From positions 178,448 through 242,447 of the forward strand of contig CAYMIL010000001.1 in NCBI GenBank assembly GCA_964390845.1: 64,000 nt of DNA, given 5' to 3'. Position numbers and translations under genes: made by a program. The notes under the pieces are model-generated. The model was not told the DNA's origin. It saw only the letters and a list, made by a program, of their open reading frames with translations, and did no database searches. Positions 1-13,102 of the stretch are shown in pieces (the first letter of the stretch is position 1; each line of letters begins with the position of its first letter). This stretch comes from an uncultured Candidatus Saccharibacteria bacterium (GTDB lineage: Bacteria > Patescibacteriota > Minisyncoccia > Phycocordibacterales > CALRHW01).

Positions 1-609
1 ATTTCCCTCTTGAATCAAATCAAGAAGCGTAAGGTCGGGACTACGACCGACATATTTTTTTGCAATAGACACTACGAGTCGAAGGTTTGATCGTGCGAGC
101 AAATTTTTTGCCTCCTGATCACCTTTCTCAATACGCTTTGCAAGCTCTTTCTCCTGCCCTCCGGAAATGAGCGGGTACTGACCGATTTCTTTCAAATACA
201 TCTGAATCGAATCATACGGCGACCCCTCACCTTTGTTATATGTATATTTTTTTATTGTTGGATCATCTGCGGGATCCTTTGCATCAAGCAAGCCACCTCC
301 TTCGAGAATATCAATACCTGCAGTCGCGAGCTTCGCGTATAAATCGTCGAGAAACATAATATCCTCCTCGACGGTCGGAAACTCTTTGAGAATTTCATCG
401 TATGTAACAAAACCACGCGCACGGCCTTTTGTCAGGAGCTGTTTTACACCCTGCTCAAGTTTCTGCGTCTTTTTTGCAGATGGCGCAGACGCCGTTTCTT
501 TCTTGCGTGCTGGAGCTGACTTTTTCGCTTTCACAGGCTTCTTCTTTGAAGATGTTTTCACCTTCTTCACCTGTTTCTTTTTTGAAATTGTCTTCTTTTT
601 TTTCTTCAT
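1..609 (-). CDS. rpoD: RNA polymerase primary sigma factor, N-terminal part (runs off window start)
   Basis: Manual translation of the minus strand from ATG at 609 gives a Lys-rich N-terminus, region 1.1 (GFVTYDEI), region 1.2 (DSIQMYLKEIG) and region 2 (NLRLVVSIAKKY..LLDLIQEGN). Confidence 0.95.
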   Translation of the reverse strand, partial: MKKKKKTISKKKQVKKVKTSSKKKPVKAKKSAPARKKETASAPSAKKTQKLEQGVKQLLTKGRARGFVTYDEILKEFPTVEEDIMFLDDLYAKLATAGIDILEGGGLLDAKDPADDPTIKKYTYNKGEGSPYDSIQMYLKEIGQYPLISGGQEKELAKRIEKGDQEAKNLLARSNLRLVVSIAKKYVGRSPDLTLLDLIQEGN

Positions 610-627
610 ATTGATTTTGTATACACG

Positions 628-2355
628 TTATGTTTTTCTTCCCCTGACTGCAATTTTTCGCGATAACTCCTGACACTCTGCGAGCAACTTCTCAACACGC
701 GGACCATCTTTGTCCCGCTCGGCCGCATGCAAAGCGGCCATTGCTTTTGCGAAACGATCCTTCAAACGCTCTTCTTCCAAATTTCCCAACAGTTCATCAA
801 CATCTTGGACAAGGTCGGCGCTTGTGCCGTAATATGCCTCTGCCTCAAAGATGAGTTCACTTGTCTCATTTTCTGTTACTGTATAGAGCTCCCGCACATC
901 CTCCTCACCCACAATTGCTGTCAGGCGCTCTACAATGGAAGCCGGATTGACGGTGGGATGTGCTACACTTTCTTGCCACAACTTCACACCAAGCGCGCGT
1001 TTTTCAAGCGCATACTTTCTGAATGTTGGGCTTGCTTGTCGCTCGTACTGCACACCGCTGGCAGGTGTTGTTGTCGCGTTTGGTGTAGCGCGCGCGAGCT
1101 TTTTGAGATCTTCCCACACAGACGCTTCATTGATTCCCGTTGCGTGCGCAACACGCGACACGAAATGCGCTTGCTCTATGGCGCTGTCGAGCATATTAAT
1201 GTACGGCAAGACCGAATGCTGTATTTCCTTCCCCATTACACGCGCATCAAGTTTTTTATCTACAAGCGTCTGAAGATAGAAATCGATAATATGCATCGAG
1301 TTTTTCAGCGCGTGAGACCACTCCGATGGGCGTTCGCGGAGCATTTCCGCGGGATCGCTCCCTTTTGGTAGTAACGCAACTTTCACTTCCATTCCGAGGG
1401 ACAATGCAAGCTGTGCACTTTTATTTGCCGCAGAAAAACCTGCGCCATCGGCATCAAACGCAAGGACAATTCTGTTGGATAAACGTTTGAGCTTTTCGAG
1501 ATGAGCGGAAGTAAAAGCGGTACCAGAGGACGCGACCGTATTTCCAAACCCCGCCTGATGAGCCATCACTAAATCCATCTGACCCTCAACAAGAATCGAG
1601 TAATCTTTCCGACGAATATCTGTTTTTGCTTTATGCAAACCATACAACGTCTCGGATTTATTGAACAATACTGTTTCTGGTGTATTAAGATATTTTGCAG
1701 ATTTTCCATCATCAACAAGAATACGACCAGAGAAAGCTATCACGCGACCAGAGGTGTCGAATATCGGGAACATGACGCGACCACGAAACACATCGTAGTA
1801 TTCACCTGGGCGTTTTTCACTCTTTTTAATGAGTCCCACTTTCTCCATCTCAGGCTTTGTAAAACCTTTAGTGAGTAAGAAATCGTGGAGAGACTGCCAT
1901 TCAAGCGGAGCATACCCGATATGCCATGCTTGAAGCGTATCTTCCGACACGCCTCGCCCGAGCACATACTGACGTGCGGGTGGCGTATCAGACAACGTCT
2001 TTTGGAAAAAGAACATCGCTTGCTCAAGGGCAGCATACAGACGATCTTTTTCACTGCGCTCTCGAGGGTTGATGTGCTCGAGTGTTACACCCGCGCGCGC
2101 GGCAAGCATCGAAAGCGCACCGCGAAAATCTACACCCTCAAACTCTTGCACAAACGTGAAGATATCTCCTTTTGCCCCACAGCCGAAGCAATAATATGTA
2201 CCTCGATCCGGTGAGATAAAGAATGACGGTGTCTTTTCGTTGTGGAATGGACACTTCGCACGGAAATTGCCTCCGGCTTTCTCGAGCTTAATATATGACG
2301 CGAGAACGTCAGCAATTCCCAATTTTTCTTTTATGAGATCGACGGATGAGGACAT
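628..2355 (-). CDS. dnaG: DNA primase
   Basis: CPFHNEKTPSF/CFGC zinc finger, KYLN, EGQMD TOPRIM, FDADGAG. Confidence 0.97.
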   Translation of the reverse strand: MSSSVDLIKEKLGIADVLASYIKLEKAGGNFRAKCPFHNEKTPSFFISPDRGTYYCFGCGAKGDIFTFVQEFEGVDFRGALSMLAARAGVTLEHINPRERSEKDRLYAALEQAMFFFQKTLSDTPPARQYVLGRGVSEDTLQAWHIGYAPLEWQSLHDFLLTKGFTKPEMEKVGLIKKSEKRPGEYYDVFRGRVMFPIFDTSGRVIAFSGRILVDDGKSAKYLNTPETVLFNKSETLYGLHKAKTDIRRKDYSILVEGQMDLVMAHQAGFGNTVASSGTAFTSAHLEKLKRLSNRIVLAFDADGAGFSAANKSAQLALSLGMEVKVALLPKGSDPAEMLRERPSEWSHALKNSMHIIDFYLQTLVDKKLDARVMGKEIQHSVLPYINMLDSAIEQAHFVSRVAHATGINEASVWEDLKKLARATPNATTTPASGVQYERQASPTFRKYALEKRALGVKLWQESVAHPTVNPASIVERLTAIVGEEDVRELYTVTENETSELIFEAEAYYGTSADLVQDVDELLGNLEEERLKDRFAKAMAALHAAERDKDGPRVEKLLAECQELSRKIAVRGRKT

Positions 2356-2399
2356 ATGGTATTACCCTTATCGCACACCGCACGAACCGTCACGTACAC

Positions 2400-6062
<3,663 letters not shown>

Positions 6063-6083
6063 GGTGATAGATATTACGCGATA

Positions 6084-9000
6084 TTATGCTTCGTCTTCTT
6101 CTGTTGGTTCCGACCTTTGATCTTTTCCGAGCTCGATATCCAAACCAATACCTCGCAAGTTGTTGAGAAGCACGCTAAACGATGCTGGTGTGTTTGGCTC
6201 ACCAATCTTTTCACCCTTCACGATAGAATCAAATGTCGCTGAGCGTCCGATGATGTCGTCGGACTTCACCGTAAGCATTTCTCGAAGTGTGTGTGCCACA
6301 CCGTGTCCAAGAAGCGCCCAGACTTCCATTTCTCCAAATCGCTGACCTCCACCCTGTGCTTTTCCACCAAGTGGCTGTTGAGTAATGAGAGAGTATGGAC
6401 CAATAGAACGCATGTGGATTTTGTCCTCAACCATGTGATGCAACTTGAGAATATACATGTAACCCACTGCAATTTCCTGATCAAACGGCATACCTGTTCG
6501 TCCGTCAAAGAGTTTCATCTTTCCGCTTTCCTGGAAACCTGCCTTTACAAGCTCTGCCTTAATCTCCTTATCAGTCGCTCCAGCAAATGGAGGAACGATT
6601 GCTTGGTAGTTGAGTGTGTTTGCCGCGAGACCAAGGTGAAGCTCAAGAATCTGTCCGAGGTTCATTCGAGACGGCACACCGAGTGGTGTAAGGATAATGT
6701 CGATAGGAGTTCCGTCCGCCATGTATGGCATATCCTCAACAGGAAGAATGCGAGAGATAACACCCTTGTTACCGTGTCGTCCTGCAAGTTTATCTCCCAC
6801 AGACACAGATCGAAGCTGGGCAACTTCAATATGAATTCGCTTGATGATGCCAGACTCGAGCTTGTCACCCTTTTCTCGTGAGAATACCTGAACATTGATA
6901 ACACGACCTCGCTTTCCACCCTCCATGCGCTTAGATGTATCTTTTACATCACGCGCTTTCTCTCCAAAGAGAGATCGGAGCAAACGCTCTTCTGGTGTAA
7001 GCTGTGTTTCACCTTTTGGTGTAATCTTTCCAACAAGAATGTCGCCCGGTCGCACTTCTGCACCAATCTGGATGATACCGTCTTCAGCAAGATTCTTGAG
7101 CTTTGATTCTCCAACGTTTGGAATATCACATGTTGTTACTTCTGGTCCGAGCTTTGTGTCACGTACATTAACAACAAACTCTTCGATATGAATTGAGGAA
7201 AACTTACTCTCTTTTACAAGGCGCTCAGAAACAATAATCGCGTCTTCGTAGTTTGAACCAGACCATGACATAAACGCGACCAAAATGTTTTGGCCAAGTG
7301 CCATCTGTCCCTTGTCACTTGAAGATGTGTCTGCAATAACATCACCCTTCTTTACTTTGTCTCCAAGGTTTACGCTCGGTCGCTGATAAAACGCAGTAAA
7401 GCCGTTTGTTCGTGAGAAGTTTACAAGCTTGTACTCCTTCTCCTTACCTTTTTCATTTTTTATAACAATGTGTTTTGAGTCTACCGCAGTAACCACACCA
7501 CCCTCCGTTGCGAGCACGAGTCGTCCTGTGTCCATCGCCGCTCTATCTTCAATACCTGTCGCAACAAGCGGTGCCTCTGGAACAATACATGGAGTCGCCT
7601 GCTTCTGCATGTTCGATCCCATGAGTGCTCGGTTTGCATCGTCGTGGTTGAGGAATGGAATCATTGATGTCGCTGCAGAAAACGCCTGATTTGTAGATAC
7701 ATCAATAAAATCTACCTGGTCTTTTGGAACAAGTCCTGGCTTGCCTTTAATGCGCACCTCAACGTTGTCTTCGATAATAGTTCCCTTATCGTCGTATGCA
7801 GTCGAAGCGTGAGAAATCTTGTACATCTCTTCCTCAAGTGCGTTCATGTACACAACCTCTCCTGTTACTCGTCCATTCTTTACCTTTACATATGGAGTTT
7901 CGATCATGCCAAACTCGTTGATACGCGCATACAAACCAAGTCGCAAGATAAGACCGATGTTTGGACCTTCAGGAGTGTGGATAGGACAAAGTCGACCATA
8001 ATGAGATGGATGCACGTCACGCACTTCAAATCCAGCGCGAGCACGATTCAAACCACCAGGGCCGAGCGCAGAGAGTGTGCGAAGATGCTCGAGCTCTTCA
8101 AGACCGTTGGTCTGCTGCATAAACTGTGAGAGCTGGTTTGTTGTGAAGAACTCTTTGATTCGAGCCTGTAGAGGTTTTGGACTAATGAACTGCACTGGGA
8201 GTGTAACATCAGTATCAACAGTCGACATTCGGTTTTGAATGTTTCGCTTGATCTGCGCCATACCCATGCGGATTTTTTGCTGGAACAATTCACCGACGTA
8301 TCGCACACGACGTGAACCAAGATGATCAATATCATCTTCGGTAGCCCCCGGAGTATTGTTGAGGGTAATCATATGAGACACGATAGTCTCAAGGTCGCTG
8401 AGAGAAATAGTCTTTCGGCCGAGCTCCTTCGCATCGAGAGATTTCTCAAATCGCTGATTAAATCGGAATCGTCCTACGCGAGAAAGGTCGTATCGCTCGT
8501 CGCTGAAAATAGAGTGTACGAACTCTTTTGCGTTTTCTACTGCCGCAAGGTCGCCGTCGCGAAGCTTTTTGTAAATCTCAACATATGCTTCATCGAGGCT
8601 CTTTGCATGATCTTTTGCAATAGACTTTTCAAGATAGTGTTTTGCAAATTCATTACCTTTGCAGAGAGCAAGAATGTCTTTGTCTGTGTGAGCACCGAGA
8701 ACGCGAAGAAGAGACGCGACGGAGAATTTTCGCTTCTTATCAACACGAACATAGATAACGCCATCAGCGTCAGTTTCAATTTCAATCCATGCGCCGCGAG
8801 ATGGGATAATTTTCGCGCCGAATAGAGTTTTGCCTTTTACTTCTTGTGAAGTAAAGAATACACCAAATGATCGTGCGAGCTGTGGCACGATAACACGCTC
8901 AATACCACTGATAATAAACGTACCGTGGTCTGTCATAAGCGGGAAATCCGCGAGGAAAATCTCCTGCTCTTTTGTCGTCTTCAAAATGTGGTTCGTGAGC

Positions 9001-9287
9001 TTCACTCGTACCTTAAGTGGAGCTTCATACGACATCTTGTTGTTCTTTGCAAAATACTCATCAAACTTTGGCGCAGAAAGCTCAAAGCCTGTGAAATCAA
9101 GCTGAAACTTTTTCTCTGTATAATCCTTAATTGATGAAAATTCATCAAATACTTCCTTCAAACCCTTCTCGATAAGCCAGTTGAAAGACATCAACTGTGA
9201 CTCTACAAGATTTGGAAGCTCAGCCAGTGGTTTTTTGAACCGGCTGAAATACTTCTTCTCTCGCGGACCTGCAGCGTGTGTATGCAT
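6084..9287 (-). CDS. rpoB: RNA polymerase beta subunit
   Basis: GDKLAGRHGNKG, GGQRFGEMEVWAL, TPEGPNIGL. Confidence 0.99.
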   Translation of the reverse strand: MHTHAAGPREKKYFSRFKKPLAELPNLVESQLMSFNWLIEKGLKEVFDEFSSIKDYTEKKFQLDFTGFELSAPKFDEYFAKNNKMSYEAPLKVRVKLTNHILKTTKEQEIFLADFPLMTDHGTFIISGIERVIVPQLARSFGVFFTSQEVKGKTLFGAKIIPSRGAWIEIETDADGVIYVRVDKKRKFSVASLLRVLGAHTDKDILALCKGNEFAKHYLEKSIAKDHAKSLDEAYVEIYKKLRDGDLAAVENAKEFVHSIFSDERYDLSRVGRFRFNQRFEKSLDAKELGRKTISLSDLETIVSHMITLNNTPGATEDDIDHLGSRRVRYVGELFQQKIRMGMAQIKRNIQNRMSTVDTDVTLPVQFISPKPLQARIKEFFTTNQLSQFMQQTNGLEELEHLRTLSALGPGGLNRARAGFEVRDVHPSHYGRLCPIHTPEGPNIGLILRLGLYARINEFGMIETPYVKVKNGRVTGEVVYMNALEEEMYKISHASTAYDDKGTIIEDNVEVRIKGKPGLVPKDQVDFIDVSTNQAFSAATSMIPFLNHDDANRALMGSNMQKQATPCIVPEAPLVATGIEDRAAMDTGRLVLATEGGVVTAVDSKHIVIKNEKGKEKEYKLVNFSRTNGFTAFYQRPSVNLGDKVKKGDVIADTSSSDKGQMALGQNILVAFMSWSGSNYEDAIIVSERLVKESKFSSIHIEEFVVNVRDTKLGPEVTTCDIPNVGESKLKNLAEDGIIQIGAEVRPGDILVGKITPKGETQLTPEERLLRSLFGEKARDVKDTSKRMEGGKRGRVINVQVFSREKGDKLESGIIKRIHIEVAQLRSVSVGDKLAGRHGNKGVISRILPVEDMPYMADGTPIDIILTPLGVPSRMNLGQILELHLGLAANTLNYQAIVPPFAGATDKEIKAELVKAGFQESGKMKLFDGRTGMPFDQEIAVGYMYILKLHHMVEDKIHMRSIGPYSLITQQPLGGKAQGGGQRFGEMEVWALLGHGVAHTLREMLTVKSDDIIGRSATFDSIVKGEKIGEPNTPASFSVLLNNLRGIGLDIELGKDQRSEPTEEDEA

Positions 9288-9457
9288 GTTGTATGTGATT
9301 ATTAAAAACTAACAAAAAACCAAAAACCCACCTCTTGTGAAGGTGTTTTGCTTATCCCGTCCCCCTTATTTATTGTATGTAGGCAAGATTCGCGTTAAAT
9401 ACAATTACTAAACCATTGCATTTTTCCCCCGTTACTCAATCTTGTGCAATCGCGGTG

Positions 9458-9486
9458 ATTCTATACCAATACCCGTTTTTTGTCAA
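9458..9486 (-). promoter_or_regulatory. sigma70 promoter for rpoB operon (TTGACA-17-TAGAAT), ~165-nt leader
   Basis: Consensus -35 at 9486-9481 and -10 at 9463-9458. Confidence 0.7.
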
Positions 9487-9509
9487 AGGGGGTGTGGATA
9501 GTAAAATCC

Positions 9510-10175
9510 TTATTTTTTACCACCCTTTTTCATGCGAGAGGCTCGCCACTCGTCTATTTTTGCGTGATTGCCAGAGAGAAGGATTTTTGGCACACGATAT
9601 TTTTTACCTTTATATTCGAGCACTTCTGGACGAGTATACACATCTGGGCTCGCCACCCGAGTTTCTTCAAGGGACGCAATATCGCCGAGCACGCCCTGCA
9701 CCTGACGAGCAATACAATCGATCATTACCATTGCAGGCAATTCTCCACCCGTAAGTACAAATGGTCCCACAGACACATCCTCCATCTTAAACATTTTTTT
9801 TACACGCGCATCGATGCCTTCGTATCTACCAGACACGATAACAATATCTGTATATTTTTTTACAGTTGTCTTTGCATACTCGTTTGTAAACTGCGTACCG
9901 CTTGGAGAAAGAAACACTATTTTAAAACGCTTTTTAGGCGACTTCTTACCAACAGCTTTTGCGATTGCTTTCACGACCGGCAACGCCTGAATCACCATAC
10001 CTGGGCCACCGCCATAGGGTTTCTGGTCGATGTGTTTCCATTTGTTATCAGAAAAATCCCGTGGATTATAAAACTTCACGCGGATTTTTTTGTCTTCAAT
10101 AGCACGCTTAACAATAGACTCGCTGAGGTACGAGTCGAATGCTCCTGGAAATAATGTAACAATATGAAATGTCAT
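9510..10175 (-). CDS. trmD: tRNA (guanine-N1)-methyltransferase
   Basis: PYGGGPGMV, GRYEGID, VLTGGELPA, SGNHAKI; start placed at MTFHIVTLF. Confidence 0.96.
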   Translation of the reverse strand: MTFHIVTLFPGAFDSYLSESIVKRAIEDKKIRVKFYNPRDFSDNKWKHIDQKPYGGGPGMVIQALPVVKAIAKAVGKKSPKKRFKIVFLSPSGTQFTNEYAKTTVKKYTDIVIVSGRYEGIDARVKKMFKMEDVSVGPFVLTGGELPAMVMIDCIARQVQGVLGDIASLEETRVASPDVYTRPEVLEYKGKKYRVPKILLSGNHAKIDEWRASRMKKGGKK

Positions 10176-10235
10176 ATACAAAAAATCGTGACACAACAGT
10201 ATCACGATTTTTTGATTTTGTATAGACCGTTCTCC

Positions 10236-10553
10236 TTAGAGCTTCAAGTCTTCCATCGCCTCATCAACAGTCTTTGATGCACGAGGCTGTTCACTCTTCA
10301 TGCCACCTTCTGGCTCGTTGATCTTGAGATTAACACGAGCGTTATTCTTCATTCCAACTACTCGTAGAAGAGTTCGGATAGCCTTGGCCGTGTTACCCTC
10401 TCGGCCAATAATTTTACCCATATCAGCTGGGTTAACATCGAGGTTCATAAGAACACCCATTTCATCAACCGTTCGCTTAATCTTTACGTCGTTTGGATTG
10501 TCTACCAACGCCTTCACTACATATTCTAGAAACTGCGCGTCTTGTTCTTGCAT
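10236..10553 (-). CDS. khpA: KH-domain RNA-binding protein (KhpA/YlqC)
   Basis: DMGKIIGREGNTAKAIRT KH motif; rpsP-khpA-trmD synteny. Confidence 0.9.
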   Translation of the reverse strand: MQEQDAQFLEYVVKALVDNPNDVKIKRTVDEMGVLMNLDVNPADMGKIIGREGNTAKAIRTLLRVVGMKNNARVNLKINEPEGGMKSEQPRASKTVDEAMEDLKL

Positions 10554-10663
10554 ATTCGTATTGGGAAACTGATTGTATTTCTTCTGGTAATCACACGACT
10601 AAATACAATAATAATTGTACAACGGGTGTAGTAGCCGTCAACGAATAACTATTGGAAGTAGGC

Positions 10664-11053
10664 TTATGCCGCAGGGGTTTCTGCTGGAGTTTCTGCTGGC
10701 GCTTCCGCAGGAACTTCTGGAGCTGGAGTTGATGCCTCTGGTGCAGGAGTAGCTTCTACTGCGCCCTCTTTAAGGATAGGCTTTTTCTTTGGAAGTACGT
10801 TTACTTTCTTTCCAGAAATAACACCCTTTTCTACGAGAATATTGTGCACTGTACCTGAGAGCTGAGCGCCCTGTCCAAGCCAGTATGAGATACGATCTTT
10901 GTTGAACTCAACCTTCTCGCCACGTCGCGCATCGTATGCACCAAGCACCTCAAGAGACTTACCGCTCTTTGGGCCGTTTTTTGAGTCAGTAAGAACGAGT
11001 CGGAATACCGGTTCATGCACTCGTCCTACACGCTGTAATCGAATTTTTAACAT
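10664..11053 (-). CDS. rpsP: 30S ribosomal protein S16 with Ala/Pro/Glu-rich tail
   Basis: MLKIRLQRVG..WLGQGAQLS; TTGACC-17-TAAGAT promoter 7 nt upstream of ATG. Confidence 0.95.
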   Translation of the reverse strand: MLKIRLQRVGRVHEPVFRLVLTDSKNGPKSGKSLEVLGAYDARRGEKVEFNKDRISYWLGQGAQLSGTVHNILVEKGVISGKKVNVLPKKKPILKEGAVEATPAPEASTPAPEVPAEAPAETPAETPAA

Positions 11054-11136
11054 GGCGGTTATCTTACCAGAAGGCTTTAAAATGGTCAAACTGCTCTGTT
11101 CCCGTTTCCCGCGTAATCTGCTATAGTGGGAGCGTA

Positions 11137-13074
11137 ATGAAAACTACAGAAAAGACCGGCGACCGGGTCCGAGGGATTATCAAACTTTCCGGTAAAGCAA
11201 TAGGTTACGTTCAGGTTGAGGGGTTTGAGGAAGATATAGAAATTCAATCAAGCGTGCTCAAAACCGCTCTCAATGGCGACGAAGTCGAGATTGAGATTCT
11301 TCCTGCTATCGACGGGCAACGACGACAAGGCCAGGTCCTCAAAATCGTTAAGCGCGCAAAAATGGGCTTTGTGGGCGTACTGGAAAAAGACGGGAATCGC
11401 TTTTTTATGATTCCCGACGACCGACGGCTCTATCGCGACATCTTGATCCCTGCTGACAAACTCAACGGCGCCCAAAACGGAGAAAAAATCTACATAAAAA
11501 TCACGTCATGGAAAGACGAAAGTAGTAACCCAGAAGGCGAGGTGCTTCGTGTGCTTGGAAAAAAGGGTGAGCACAATGTGGAGATGGAATCCATCATTTT
11601 CGAAAAAGGTTTTGATACTACATTTCCGCCAGAAGTTGAGGAAGAGGCAGAAACTGTCGCTGAGCTTGAACGCGAACGCTTTGCAGAAGAAGTTGCCCGA
11701 CGAAAAGATTTTCGCGAGACAACCACATTCACTATCGACCCTGTCGACGCAAAAGATTTCGACGACGCGATTTCTCTCAAACGTCTCCCCGACGGAAATC
11801 TTGAAATAGGCGTACATATCGCAGATGTATCGCACTTTGTAACCGAAGGCAGTATCCTCGACAAAGAGGCACGTAAGCGAGGTTTTTCTGTATATCTCGT
11901 CGATCGCACGATTCCGATGCTTCCAGAGGTCCTTTCAAACGACATGTGTAGCCTCAACCCACACGAAGACAAGTTTGCATTTTCTTCTGTGTTTACCATC
12001 ACTCCCCAAGGAGAGATTATAAACCGATGGTTTGGAAAGACGGTCATCAATTCAGACAAGCGTTTCACCTACGAGGAGGCTCAAGAATCACTCAACACAA
12101 AAAGTGGTCCCCATTACGAAGACCTCAACACACTCAACACACTTGCAAAAATCTTTCAGGAGGCACGTTACCGAAATGGTGCTATCGACTTTGAAACAGA
12201 AGAAGTGAAGTTTGAACTTGATGTACACGGTGTACCAGTGCGTGTGTATCGAAAAGAACGTCTCGACACTCACCGACTCGTTGAAGAATACATGCTTCTT
12301 GCAAATCGCGAGGTGGCTGAGTTTATTTTCAAAGCAAATAGCAAAAATAGACACCAGCCATCGTTTATCTATCGAATCCACGACCTTCCTAATCGTGAAA
12401 AACTTGCCGACCTCGCTATTTTCCTCAAAGCACTCGGGTACGACCTCAAGCTCAAAGATGGCCTTACAACCTCAAAAGAAATCTCAGCGATGCTAAAGCG
12501 CATCAACGGAAGTCCCGCTGAATCACTTATCAAAACAGCAACAATCCGTTCGATGGCAAAAGCGGTGTATTCTACAAAAAATATCGGCCACTTTGGACTT
12601 GGTTTTGAGTACTACACACACTTCACTTCACCAATTCGACGCTACCCAGACCTCATCGTACACAGACTTCTTGAACGCGAGCTCATTAATGGAAAAATCG
12701 AGCAAAACGAATTTGCAAAATATGAACGCATCGCGATGGACACATCGGAAAAAGAAATCGCTGCGGCAGAAGCAGAGCGAGCGTCGGTAAAGTACAAGCA
12801 AGTTGAATACATGAGTAAGCGCATTGGCGCGGAGTTCAACGGTACAATTTCCGGCCTTACTGAATGGGGTATCTATGTCGAAGAAGCTGAAACAAAATGT
12901 GAAGGAATGATCAAGCTACGCGACCTGAAGGGCGACACCTTTGAGCTCGACGAGAAAAATTATGCGATTGTGGGAGCACGCACTGGGAAAAAATATTCGC
13001 TTGGAGATAAGATTCGTTTTAAGGTCGCGGCGGCTGACCTCGACAGAAAAACACTTGATTATACGATGATCTAA
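11137..13074 (+). CDS. rnr: Ribonuclease R
   Basis: TIDPVDAKDFDDAIS, YTHFTSPIRRYPD, C-terminal S1 domain. Confidence 0.95.
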   Translation: MKTTEKTGDRVRGIIKLSGKAIGYVQVEGFEEDIEIQSSVLKTALNGDEVEIEILPAIDGQRRQGQVLKIVKRAKMGFVGVLEKDGNRFFMIPDDRRLYRDILIPADKLNGAQNGEKIYIKITSWKDESSNPEGEVLRVLGKKGEHNVEMESIIFEKGFDTTFPPEVEEEAETVAELERERFAEEVARRKDFRETTTFTIDPVDAKDFDDAISLKRLPDGNLEIGVHIADVSHFVTEGSILDKEARKRGFSVYLVDRTIPMLPEVLSNDMCSLNPHEDKFAFSSVFTITPQGEIINRWFGKTVINSDKRFTYEEAQESLNTKSGPHYEDLNTLNTLAKIFQEARYRNGAIDFETEEVKFELDVHGVPVRVYRKERLDTHRLVEEYMLLANREVAEFIFKANSKNRHQPSFIYRIHDLPNREKLADLAIFLKALGYDLKLKDGLTTSKEISAMLKRINGSPAESLIKTATIRSMAKAVYSTKNIGHFGLGFEYYTHFTSPIRRYPDLIVHRLLERELINGKIEQNEFAKYERIAMDTSEKEIAAAEAERASVKYKQVEYMSKRIGAEFNGTISGLTEWGIYVEEAETKCEGMIKLRDLKGDTFELDEKNYAIVGARTGKKYSLGDKIRFKVAAADLDRKTLDYTMI

Positions 13075-13076
13075 AT

Positions 13077-13102
13077 AAAACCCCCGAGTGCTCGGGGGTT
13101 TT
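13077..13102. terminator. Bidirectional intrinsic terminator between convergent rnr and smc
   Basis: AAAACCCCCGAG-TG-CTCGGGGGTTTT inverted repeat. Confidence 0.8.
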